Source: an uncultured Candidatus Saccharibacteria bacterium
GTDB lineage: Bacteria; Patescibacteriota; Minisyncoccia; UBA6257; UBA11618
Assembly (NCBI GenBank): GCA_964432405.1
Contig: CAYSNH010000004.1
Coordinates: forward strand, 1-32,000
Direction of reading: 5' to 3'
Length of the DNA: 32,000 bases
Positions 9,058 to 16,739 of the stretch are shown in pieces. Numbering within the stretch: the first letter of the stretch is position 1; each line of letters opens with the position of its first letter. Made by a program: the position numbers and the translations under genes. The notes beneath the pieces are model-generated. The model saw only the letters and a list, made by a program, of their open reading frames with translations. It made no database searches and was not told the DNA's origin.

Positions 9058-9657
9058 ATGGAAAAAGGATCAAATCAATCTTTTTCAAATCATCCGCCTC
9101 AAATTGGTAGGGAGATTGAAGATTTTGAATTAGAAGCTTTTCACAACGAAGAGGTGAAAAATATCAAACTTTCTGATCTAAGAGGCAAGTGGATTGTATT
9201 GTTCTTTTATCCAGCTGACTTTACCTTCATCTGCCCAACAGAATTAGAGGAGGCGGCTGATAACTATCAAGAATTTGAAAAAATGGGAACGGAGCTTTTA
9301 AGTATTAGCACTGACACGGTTTTTGTTCACAAAGCTTGGCATGATAAGTCAGAGGCTATTAAGAAGATTAAATTTCCAATGCTAGCTGATCCAAGTGGTA
9401 AGGTTTGTCGTCAGTTCGGCACTTATATTGAAAATGAAGGATTATCTCTTAGAGGTACTTTTGTTATCGATCCCGAAGGAGTTTTGAGAGCTTATGAGAT
9501 TCATGACAATAGCATCGGCCGAAGTATTCAAGAAGTTATCAGAAAAGTTCAGGCTGCTAAGTTCGTTGCTGAAAATACTGGAAAGGTTTGTCCTGCTAGT
9601 TGGAAGCCTGGTCAAGACACTTTAGAGCCGGGTCTTGATTTGGTAGGTAAGATATAG
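9058..9657 (+). CDS. ahpC: Typical 2-Cys peroxiredoxin (AhpC/Prx1 subfamily)
   Basis: FFYPADFTFICPTEL (peroxidatic Cys) and GKVCPASWKPG (resolving Cys). 199 aa. Confidence 0.9.
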   Translation: MEKGSNQSFSNHPPQIGREIEDFELEAFHNEEVKNIKLSDLRGKWIVLFFYPADFTFICPTELEEAADNYQEFEKMGTELLSISTDTVFVHKAWHDKSEAIKKIKFPMLADPSGKVCRQFGTYIENEGLSLRGTFVIDPEGVLRAYEIHDNSIGRSIQEVIRKVQAAKFVAENTGKVCPASWKPGQDTLEPGLDLVGKI

Positions 9658-9728
9658 CGCGCATAGCTCAGTGGTAGAGCGCTTCGTTGACATCGAAGAG
9701 GTCCCAAGTTCGATCCTTGGTGCGCGCA
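9657..9728 (+). tRNA. tRNA-Val (GAC)
   Basis: Acceptor GCGCGCA/TGCGCGC, AGCTCAGTGGTAGAGC D-arm, anticodon stem CTTCG/CGAAG with loop TT-GAC-AT, T-loop GTTCGATCC. Its first nt is the last nt of the ahpC stop codon, and its 3' end is 4 nt before the next start codon. Confidence 0.9.
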
Positions 9729-9732
9729 CAAA

Positions 9733-10809
9733 ATGATTTTTTATCACGGTTCACCCGTTAAAGGTCTCAAATATCTTGAGCCTCGTCTCGACCCTCGCCT
9801 TAATATCAAAGGTGTTTTTGTAGCTGATGAGCCTTTCGGTCCCATGATGTTCTCTCTTTTGCCTGATCGAGCTCATTCAATTATCAAATACGAGACCAAG
9901 AAAGGAGAGTTTATTAAAGGCAAGGTTGTAACACCTCAACCTCTAAATAAAGAGGGCTGGTTATATGAAGTTCAGCCAGCCAAAGAAGATATTAAGGAGA
10001 GACAGGCTGATCGTTATTATCTAACTAAAAAAACTCCTATTACCAAATCAACCAAGGTTACCCAAAAAGATGTCTTGAGGTTAGGTTGGGAGGTTGTAGT
10101 TGATGAAAGAAAGTTTGTAAATGAACCAATTGTACAAATCATTTATGAAGGCAAGGACTTCGTTATTGTTAATAAGCCCGCTGGCTTATTAGTCCACCCC
10201 GTTAAAGAAGGTGACAAATCATTAGTTGATTGGTTATTAGCTCACTATCCTTCAGTTAAGGAGGTGGGTGATAAGCCAAAAGTTCGCCCGGGTATTGTTC
10301 ATCGATTAGATAAGAATACTTCGGGAGCTTTATTGATTTGTCTTACCCAAGAAGCTTTTAAGTATTTTAAAAAACAATTTCAAGAAAAGACGATTAAGAA
10401 AACCTATAAGGCTATAGTTCATGGCACTCCTAAGGAAAAGAAGGGCGTAATTGATAAGCCTATCGGCTTGAAAAGCGGCACCACCAAAAGAATCACTCAC
10501 ACGGCTCGAGCTAAGATGGTTAAGGAGGCTGTTACCGAGTATCAAGTGGAACGATCTATCGGAGATTATTCTTTATTAAAAGTTAAGCCATTAACTGGTA
10601 GAACTCATCAAATCAGAGTTCACTTAGCTAGTATTGGTCACCCTATTGTTGGTGATAGATTGTATGGCTCTAAAAACAAAACTATCGTAAGGCACATGTT
10701 GCACGCAGAATCTTTAGAGGTCACTACACCTGATGGTGGTCGTATCAATGTGGCCGCTGAACCACCACAAGACTTTCAAGACGCTATAACTTCTTTAGCT
10801 GGAGACTAA
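9733..10809 (+). CDS. RluA-family pseudouridine synthase with an unrecognised ~130-aa N-terminal domain
   Basis: The C-terminal ~225 aa has IIYEGKDFVIVNKPAGLLVHP, HRLDKNTSGALL (catalytic Asp), GRTHQIRVHL and LHA. The N-terminal 130 aa (MIFYHGSPVKGLKYLEP...) is not an S4 domain and has no in-frame internal start. Confidence 0.8.
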   Translation: MIFYHGSPVKGLKYLEPRLDPRLNIKGVFVADEPFGPMMFSLLPDRAHSIIKYETKKGEFIKGKVVTPQPLNKEGWLYEVQPAKEDIKERQADRYYLTKKTPITKSTKVTQKDVLRLGWEVVVDERKFVNEPIVQIIYEGKDFVIVNKPAGLLVHPVKEGDKSLVDWLLAHYPSVKEVGDKPKVRPGIVHRLDKNTSGALLICLTQEAFKYFKKQFQEKTIKKTYKAIVHGTPKEKKGVIDKPIGLKSGTTKRITHTARAKMVKEAVTEYQVERSIGDYSLLKVKPLTGRTHQIRVHLASIGHPIVGDRLYGSKNKTIVRHMLHAESLEVTTPDGGRINVAAEPPQDFQDAITSLAGD

Positions 10810-12616
10810 TTATTTCTTTTGCCGAGGGCCTCTCATTCTTATAGATAAAATAAGGACCACCTGATTCTTGCCAGATAAAGCCAGGAGGTGCTTCTATGGA
10901 AAATTCTAGACTGGTATTAACACCTGACTGTTTATCAAAGATAAAATGATATAAGCCACTTTTTTGTTTTTCAATATAAAAACGGTTTTTATTCTTATAT
11001 CTAACCTCTAAGCTTTTTGTTTTGCCAGCTGGCACATTGAACCAGGTATCAAAAACCTGCTTGCCAAACTGCTCACCATTTTCAATAGCAGCTAGATCAG
11101 GATCGGTCCTATAACCCCTTTTATAATTAACCCGAGGTTTTATCTTCTTCTTGCTATCTCCAGTAATGCTTAATAATTTTGATCCTAGCGGAGTGAGAAT
11201 CTGAATGTAGTTTTGGTTAGTTTTTCTGTACCAAGAGTCTTTTTCATTTTGACCATTATGAGAGCGGGTAATTGTTAGATTATTTAATACCTCCCCCTTC
11301 TCATTTATCTTGCTTTCCAGATTGATTTTTTGATTGATAAAGGCATCACTTTTTCCACCAGCAATATTGGCATTAACTACCGCCAAATATTCACCAAAGA
11401 AATCTTCGGGTAGGCGAGTAACTTCTCCGCCAACGCCCATGTTCTGAATAAAATTCTCCATTATCAGATCATCTAGATAGATCATAATGTCTTTTTTCTC
11501 AATTCGGTCTTTTACAATCTCTACCAAAGCCATCTTTTCTTTTTCTTCTAACTTACCCAGTTTTTCAAAAACAATAGGGGTGGCGGTTTTAAGAACGTTT
11601 TTATTCTTATTAGTCTCAACATTAAGTTGAATTTCTGAAAGGAAATTGTTGTGATCTAAAGTCATTTCATACTCCTTTAATTCAATGGGGCCGATTATTT
11701 TCAAAATATCGTTAATAACATGAACATTAATTGCTACCACTCCATCAAACTTAGTTCCCTTGTCTTGATAAGTTTGAGAGATTTCTAATAGTTCAATAAT
11801 TTTTTTGGCTGAGGTAGGAAAGTCAAAGAACCAGTTAGCATCTCTAGCTCCCCAGTTAGGAGTGATAGTTTGAAGAGCTTTAGGAGGAATAATCTTTTTC
11901 TTTAACTGACCATCAATATCATAAATATCATTAACCTCTAAATTGGTCATGCTAGCTTGATGAAGGGTTAGCTGTGCAAAGCTGCCGATAAATCCTCCAG
12001 CCGGCCTCATCTCAGAGGGGTTTTGAAAAATAACTACCAAGTGATGAGGCTGCTTATCCTTCAGCCAGCCAATGAAGGATTCAAGAAATATTTTTGATGA
12101 TTGAAGTTGATGGCTCATGGTCATTAACTCACCTCCAAGATTGAAATCAACCTCCTTGGCTTGTTTTTTAAGGTCATTTGTTAGAAGGGTTAATTTATTG
12201 ATATCTCTTAACACCTCTTCCATCACTTTTATTAATGATAGGCCTTTTTCTTGCAACACTAGCTCTGCCCCTTCTTTCTTTAGATGGTCTAATTTAACAG
12301 TGAGATTGGCGGCTGTGTTTGTGATCTCATCGATATTATTGAATATAGGAGGCAGATTCCTTAAAACCGGTATAAATTTTGTGAGAGTAGGTAGTTGGTC
12401 TTGTAGTAGGTCAATCTCTTTTTTAACCATATCAAAATGAGCAATCGCTCCATTTGGCTCCAGGTTAAATAAAGAAGCCAGCGCTTCTTTAAAACTTAGA
12501 GAGACGTTATCAGCGGAGGTTAGGGCTTGATCTTTAAACTCCTTCAAACCCACAAAAAAGACACCCGCTCCTATAGCCATTATTAGTATTAAAAAAATAA
12601 TCGTTCTAAGCCTCAT
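10784..12616 (-). CDS. DUF4012-like membrane-anchored protein (610 aa)
   Basis: N-terminal TM helix and coiled-coil region, then NPSEMRPAGGFIGSFAQL, which I associate with DUF4012. It is commonly next to glycosyltransferases. It overlaps the upstream GT4 gene by 11 nt. Confidence 0.55.
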   Translation of the reverse strand: MRLRTIIFLILIMAIGAGVFFVGLKEFKDQALTSADNVSLSFKEALASLFNLEPNGAIAHFDMVKKEIDLLQDQLPTLTKFIPVLRNLPPIFNNIDEITNTAANLTVKLDHLKKEGAELVLQEKGLSLIKVMEEVLRDINKLTLLTNDLKKQAKEVDFNLGGELMTMSHQLQSSKIFLESFIGWLKDKQPHHLVVIFQNPSEMRPAGGFIGSFAQLTLHQASMTNLEVNDIYDIDGQLKKKIIPPKALQTITPNWGARDANWFFDFPTSAKKIIELLEISQTYQDKGTKFDGVVAINVHVINDILKIIGPIELKEYEMTLDHNNFLSEIQLNVETNKNKNVLKTATPIVFEKLGKLEEKEKMALVEIVKDRIEKKDIMIYLDDLIMENFIQNMGVGGEVTRLPEDFFGEYLAVVNANIAGGKSDAFINQKINLESKINEKGEVLNNLTITRSHNGQNEKDSWYRKTNQNYIQILTPLGSKLLSITGDSKKKIKPRVNYKRGYRTDPDLAAIENGEQFGKQVFDTWFNVPAGKTKSLEVRYKNKNRFYIEKQKSGLYHFIFDKQSGVNTSLEFSIEAPPGFIWQESGGPYFIYKNERPSAKEIISLQLKKL

Positions 12617-13703
12617 ATTCGTTAAAAATATTCAATAATTGATGAGCTGATTTATCCCAACTAAATCGCTGTCTATTAATGAGCCCCGCCTCCTTTAATT
12701 TGTTTTTTAAGTTGGTAGTTAAGACTTCTTCTATCGTACCAGCTAGATCATGAATTCGCCATGGATCTATTAATCGGGCCGAATCACCCAAAACCTCAAT
12801 CAAAGAGGTTCTTCGACTAGCAATAACCGGACAGCCACAAGCTTGAGCTTCTAGGGGTGGTAGGCCAAAGCCTTCAAAAAAAGAAGGAAATATTAATGCT
12901 TCGGCTAGATTATATAATAATGGTCGATCTTTATCTTCCACTGACCCCCATAGAATAATATCTTCTTTATAGGGCGAGGCTTCGTAGGTCTTTAAAGTTT
13001 TTTTATACAACCATCCTAGGCGACCAGCCAAGACCAGCTTTAGATCCTTTAACTGACCATTGGCTTTCACGATATTAAAAGCTTTAATGATTGCGGCAAC
13101 ATTCTTTCTTGGCTCAATAGTACCGAGGTATAAGATGAAAGGGGCTTGTAATGAAGAGGGTCTTTTAACATTTAAAACTTTAAACTTCTCATCAATTCCC
13201 AAAGGCACCACTCTTATCTTCTCCTCAGGCACTTTTAGAGTTTCAATTAGGTCTTGCTTGGTAAAGTTAGAGACGGCGGTAATTAGAGAAGCTTCTTTTA
13301 TTTGAGATTTATAGTCTTGCAGCCAATGCCAGATCTGTGATTGGCGAGGAAAGAGGTGGGGGTAATGAATAAAAGAAAGATCATGAATAGTTAATATTCT
13401 TGGAACCTTGGTTTTTAATAGATTGAGATTAGGGCTAAATATCAGATCTGCTGGAGGGAGGGGAGATTTTTTCATAAAATGACTATTTAAATCAAACAAC
13501 TTATTAGGCATTTTCCTATCAATTATTGTTGCCTTGTTAGGCCAGGTTGTTGGTAGCGGATGCTTTTTCCAGCCGTTATAAAATAGTTGATAGGAATTCT
13601 TTTTATCAATAGCTAAAAGATTGGATACCAAGTGCCTAGTATACTCCTCAATCCCTGATTGACCTCCTTTACTCAAAAGGCGAATATCGATAAGAATCTT
13701 CAT
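12606..13703 (-). CDS. Glycosyltransferase, GT4 / Glycos_transf_1 family
   Basis: LYLGTIEPRKN, PSFFEGFGLPPLEAQACGCPVIAS (E-x7-E region). 365 aa. Confidence 0.8.
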   Translation of the reverse strand: MKILIDIRLLSKGGQSGIEEYTRHLVSNLLAIDKKNSYQLFYNGWKKHPLPTTWPNKATIIDRKMPNKLFDLNSHFMKKSPLPPADLIFSPNLNLLKTKVPRILTIHDLSFIHYPHLFPRQSQIWHWLQDYKSQIKEASLITAVSNFTKQDLIETLKVPEEKIRVVPLGIDEKFKVLNVKRPSSLQAPFILYLGTIEPRKNVAAIIKAFNIVKANGQLKDLKLVLAGRLGWLYKKTLKTYEASPYKEDIILWGSVEDKDRPLLYNLAEALIFPSFFEGFGLPPLEAQACGCPVIASRRTSLIEVLGDSARLIDPWRIHDLAGTIEEVLTTNLKNKLKEAGLINRQRFSWDKSAHQLLNIFNEYEA

Positions 13704-13746
13704 TGCCTTAAGAAAAGCAGAAAATAATCAGATACTCAATTTTTAC

Positions 13747-13775
13747 TTGCCAATCTAATAAAAATACTCTATTAT
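13747..13775 (+). promoter_or_regulatory. rplS promoter (leaderless layout)
   Basis: TTGCCA (13747-13752), 17 nt, TATTAT (13770-13775), 9 nt, ATG 13785. No SD. Confidence 0.5.
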
Positions 13776-13784
13776 CTAACTACT

Positions 13785-14108
13785 ATGATTGATGAGAAAA
13801 TTATTGATCAAATAAGGCCCGGCGCTACAGTTCTCGTACAGGAGATCATTAAAGATGGTGATAAAAAGAGAGCTAGTAACTTCAAGGGTATCGTTTTAGC
13901 TAGAAAGCACGGTAAAGAAATCGGAGCTACTTTTACCGTTCGCTCAATTATCTCTGGTGAGGGTGTAGAGAAGGTTTATCCTATTAACTCGCCAAGGATT
14001 GGTAAAGTGGAAATTATCTCTACTCCTGGTAGAGTACGTCGTTCTAAACTATACTTTTTACGTAGCCTGTCAGCTAAGCAGATTAGACAGAAGCTAGGTT
14101 CAAAATAA
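13785..14108 (+). CDS. rplS: 50S ribosomal protein L19
   Basis: IRPGATVLV...FKGIVLARKHGKEIGATFTVRSIISGEGVEKVYPINSPRIGKVEII...RRSKLYFLR matches L19. Confidence 0.9.
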   Translation: MIDEKIIDQIRPGATVLVQEIIKDGDKKRASNFKGIVLARKHGKEIGATFTVRSIISGEGVEKVYPINSPRIGKVEIISTPGRVRRSKLYFLRSLSAKQIRQKLGSK

Positions 14109-14191
14109 GCGCGAGTGGCGGAACGGTAGACGCGCAAGCTTGAGGGGCTTGTGGGAGCAATCCCGTGGAGGTTCAAATCCTCTCTCGCGCA
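14109..14191 (+). tRNA. tRNA-Leu (GAG), type II
   Basis: Acceptor GCGCGAG/CTCGCGC, anticodon stem CAAGC/GCTTG with loop TT-GAG-GG, variable arm TGGGAGCAATCCCGT, T-loop GGTTCAAATCC. Starts 1 nt after the rplS stop. Confidence 0.9.
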
Positions 14192-14206
14192 CTATATAAT
14201 ATAAAT

Positions 14207-14722
14207 ATGAAACATTTAGACCCTAAAGCCATTTGGCTCTTCTTTATTGGATTAGTAATTGGTTGGACTATTATGATGTTCTTTTTATCTTTTTGGATTG
14301 CTGGTGTTACAATCGCCTCTTTGCAAATAGGAGAGGATTATAGTGTGGGCCCCTTTCTTACACTCTTCATGATATTTCTGGTTGGTTTTTATGCTGCTCT
14401 TTATTTCTGGGCTAAGCTATCATACCAAAATTATAAGTATCAATTGAGACCCGAAGGTTTTTATAAAGAATACGGCGTTATTTGGAAGAAGTACGTCACC
14501 ATTCCTTATAGTCGCATTCAAAACGTTGATATCTATAGAGGTTTAATCGTTCGTCTTCTAGGCCTTTCTGATCTTCACATTCAAACCGCTGGCATGAGCT
14601 TTACGGGCAAAAGAGGATCTCGTTCAGAAGGTCGTCTTCCGGGCCTTAGCATCAAAGAAGCTACTATGATTAGAGATGATTTAATCAAACGCTCTCAAAA
14701 GTCTAGTGCCCAGGGGCTTTAA
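14207..14722 (+). CDS. Membrane protein with bacterial PH domain (bPH_2 / YdbS-like)
   Basis: Two TM helices, then YKYQLRPEGFYKEYGVIWKKYVTIPYSRIQNVDIYRGLIVRLLGLSDLHIQTAG, a typical bPH_2 motif. The track start at 14165 lies inside tRNA-Leu. ATG 14207 lies 6 nt after TATAAT (14195-14200). Confidence 0.7.
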   Translation: MKHLDPKAIWLFFIGLVIGWTIMMFFLSFWIAGVTIASLQIGEDYSVGPFLTLFMIFLVGFYAALYFWAKLSYQNYKYQLRPEGFYKEYGVIWKKYVTIPYSRIQNVDIYRGLIVRLLGLSDLHIQTAGMSFTGKRGSRSEGRLPGLSIKEATMIRDDLIKRSQKSSAQGL

Positions 14723-14728
14723 GTTTAT

Positions 14729-14756
14729 TTGACTTTTTTAATAAAAGTAGTATAAT
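14729..14756 (+). promoter_or_regulatory. Promoter of the 84-aa zinc-ribbon ORF
   Basis: TTGACT (14729-14734), 16 nt, TATAAT (14751-14756). About 40 nt UTR with AAAGGAG (14789-14795) 6 nt before ATG 14802. Confidence 0.6.
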
Positions 14757-14801
14757 ATAGGCAGTTCTTCAGTTTTTGTAACCTGCATAAAGGAGTAATG
14801 C

Positions 14802-15056
14802 ATGTTTTGTCAATATTGTGATGTTGATTTGAACGAAGAAAACTCTTCGGAGGTGACAGTGATGTATAATCTCTGTTCCGAATGTTTTCATAATTCTGAC
14901 ACCTTGATTTATTTTAGTCATGGTGAAACGGCTGATCAGTCTCAGTCATCAGGAGAGAATCAAGACTTTCCTCTTTTGAAACCAAGAAAAGAAGAAGCGG
15001 TTGAGGAGTTTGATTCTTTTGATGATTGGAATTTGAAAACACAAAAGCCTCGTTGA
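14802..15056 (+). CDS. Orphan small acidic protein with N-terminal CxxC-x18-CxxC zinc-ribbon-like motif (84 aa)
   Basis: MFCQYCDVDL...NLCSECFH, followed by an acidic, low-complexity tail (about 18 D/E vs 6 K/R). Has its own promoter, SD and terminator. Confidence 0.6.
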   Translation: MFCQYCDVDLNEENSSEVTVMYNLCSECFHNSDTLIYFSHGETADQSQSSGENQDFPLLKPRKEEAVEEFDSFDDWNLKTQKPR

Positions 15057-15060
15057 GCTT

Positions 15061-15089
15061 GGGCCCACGCTAGTGTGGGCCCTTTTTTT
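15061..15089 (+). terminator. Rho-independent terminator
   Basis: GGGCCCAC (15061-15068), loop GCTAGT, GTGGGCCC (15075-15082), then TTTTTTT. Confidence 0.8.
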
Positions 15090-15122
15090 ATTCTTTAAAT
15101 TAGTTATATTAAATATTACCTT

Positions 15123-15968
15123 ATGTCCAAGATATTAATTGTTGATAGTGGAGCAACTAAGACCAGTTGGCTTTATTGCTGCGATGGAGAAAAGAAGCTG
15201 CTTAACACCAAGGGGCTTAATCCTTATTTTGTTAGCGTTTCTGACATTACTAAAATCATTCAAGATACCTTTGCTCCTTTAGGAATTAAAGAGATTGATC
15301 ATTTATTTTTTTATGGAGCCGATTGTGATGGCGAGCTTTCAAAGCAGAAGATTAGCCAGGGCTTGAAAAACTATTTTGTTGTAAAGGATCTTTATATAGA
15401 GGGAGATCTTTTAGGATCTGCTCGGGCTGCGTGTGGCAATGAATCAGGAGTCTGTTGCATTTTAGGGACCGGGTCTAACGCTTGTATTTATGATGGAAAA
15501 GAAATAACACAGTCTATTGGTGGGCTGGGGTATGTTTTAGGCGACGAGGGTAGTGGCGCTTATCTAGGTCGCCTATTAGTTCGCAAAGTTTTGAATAGAC
15601 AGTTGAGCAACGATTTATTAAATAAATTTTTCAAAGAGTATTCGCTAACCCCTGCCCTTATTCTTGACCAAGTTTACTCTCCTAATCGATCCAGTTATTT
15701 TCTAGCTAGCCTAACTCACTTTCTTAAGCAAAATAACGACCAACCTGAGATTAGGGAGATTATTAAGCAAAGTTTCGATGACTTTATTAAAGCCAACATT
15801 CTTCTTTTACCTAAGTACAAACAATATAAGATTAACTCTATTGGCTCGATCGGCTTTTATTTCAAGGAGTTCTTTATATTAGCCTGCAAGGATCATGAGT
15901 TGGAGGTGGGGCAGGTGATAGATAGGCCGATAGATCTCTTGTATCAATTTCACATTAATAATAGCTAA
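15123..15968 (+). CDS. BadF/BadG/BcrA/BcrD-type ATPase (N-acetylglucosamine kinase-like)
   Basis: ILIVDSGATKTSW (phosphate-1), CILGTGSNA and GGLGYVLGDEGSGAYLGRLL are ASKHA-fold BadF/GlcNAc-kinase motifs. Confidence 0.75.
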   Translation: MSKILIVDSGATKTSWLYCCDGEKKLLNTKGLNPYFVSVSDITKIIQDTFAPLGIKEIDHLFFYGADCDGELSKQKISQGLKNYFVVKDLYIEGDLLGSARAACGNESGVCCILGTGSNACIYDGKEITQSIGGLGYVLGDEGSGAYLGRLLVRKVLNRQLSNDLLNKFFKEYSLTPALILDQVYSPNRSSYFLASLTHFLKQNNDQPEIREIIKQSFDDFIKANILLLPKYKQYKINSIGSIGFYFKEFFILACKDHELEVGQVIDRPIDLLYQFHINNS

Positions 15969-16003
15969 AATCTAACATTGACAGAAAATGGCTTTAGGGG
16001 GGG

Positions 16004-16093
16004 TTGACTTTTTTTTATATTAATATATAATAGGGCAATCGTACCTGAGGATGGGTACGGAGTACGTTAACTTTTTTAGAAGGAGTGCATGCT
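16004..16093 (+). promoter_or_regulatory. Promoter and structured 5' UTR of the GC-rich 174-aa ORF
   Basis: TTGACT (16004-16009), 16 nt, TATAAT (16026-16031). Perfect hairpin CGTACC (16040-16045) / GGTACG (16054-16059) near the predicted 5' end. AAGGAG ends at 16085, 8 nt before ATG 16094. Confidence 0.6.
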
Positions 16094-16618
16094 ATGCACG
16101 AAGGCGAACAAGTTGGTCAAGGCGGAGCAACGGCAACTATTGATCGTTCAGTCCCGGCGGAAAAGAGCGGCGACGGTTTCAAGGCTGTCATTGCGGATTT
16201 GATCACTACTCCTGACAGAGTGGCGCTGATCATCTCGACCAGGCTCACCGGCCAGGAAATGCCCGAGGAGACGAGCGAACTTTCCGCTTCGGAAGTCCAG
16301 TTGGTCAAGTATCTTGATCAGCTCGTCCAATGTGGCAACGAAAAGGCGTTGTCGGAGATACAGGTCGTTGTGAAAAGCGAGGCTTTTCTTCATCAAGTGG
16401 ATGATGCTGTGAAGCTCATCCAAGGCGACCAGGAAAGCGTCGCAATTGAAGAGAGGGCTCACGAATCCTCCGAGAAGCTGAAGAGCTTCATTATTGAGGG
16501 AGCGATGAAGGCCGCAACTCCGGCTGAGAGCTGGGAAGTTGAATCGACGCAAGAAGCCAAGACGATTACTGCGATAGCAAGATTGCTGCAGCATCTCGTG
16601 TCCTTGCGCTGCGCTTGA
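16094..16618 (+). CDS. Orphan acidic protein (174 aa) in a GC-rich island, no recognisable family
   Basis: The ORF is open from GTG 16085, and ATG 16094 has the best SD spacing. Two 60-nt lines counted by hand give 55% and 57% G+C, against 40-43% in the flanking genes. About 29 D/E vs 16 K/R; looks helical. Strong terminator downstream. Confidence 0.6.
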   Translation: MHEGEQVGQGGATATIDRSVPAEKSGDGFKAVIADLITTPDRVALIISTRLTGQEMPEETSELSASEVQLVKYLDQLVQCGNEKALSEIQVVVKSEAFLHQVDDAVKLIQGDQESVAIEERAHESSEKLKSFIIEGAMKAATPAESWEVESTQEAKTITAIARLLQHLVSLRCA

Positions 16619-16658
16619 TCCTTCTGATCGACGACCTCTTTTTTGAGATGTCGTGCCG

Positions 16659-16691
16659 CCCCCTGTAGCTTAGGCTGCAGGGGGTTTTTTA
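16659..16691 (+). terminator. Rho-independent terminator
   Basis: CCCCCTGTAGC (16659-16669), loop TTAG, GCTGCAGGGGG (16674-16684), then TTTTTT. Confidence 0.8.
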
Positions 16692-16739
16692 TTTCAATAA
16701 AGCTTTCCAAAAGCAGTTTTTTGTTTTATTATTTTCAAT

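Noticed and set aside
7333-13305. Shadow ORFs 7333-7545(+), 8384-8599(+), 10330-10545(-), 12117-12440(+) and 13060-13305(+); similar short ORFs also lie inside glyQS, leuS, metG, htrA and rpsB
   Set aside because: All lie within or opposite well-supported genes. They lack start signals and have low-complexity or unbiased translations typical of non-coding frames.
14165-14206. Track start codon of the bPH-domain ORF at 14165
   Set aside because: Those 14 codons lie inside tRNA-Leu. ATG 14207 follows a -10 box and begins the conserved protein.
16117-16710. Long antisense ORFs (63, 148 and 83 aa) opposite the 174-aa GC-rich gene
   Set aside because: Stop-free reverse frames are expected in a 55% G+C segment. 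They have no SD or promoter, and the sense ORF has a complete promoter/SD/terminator set.
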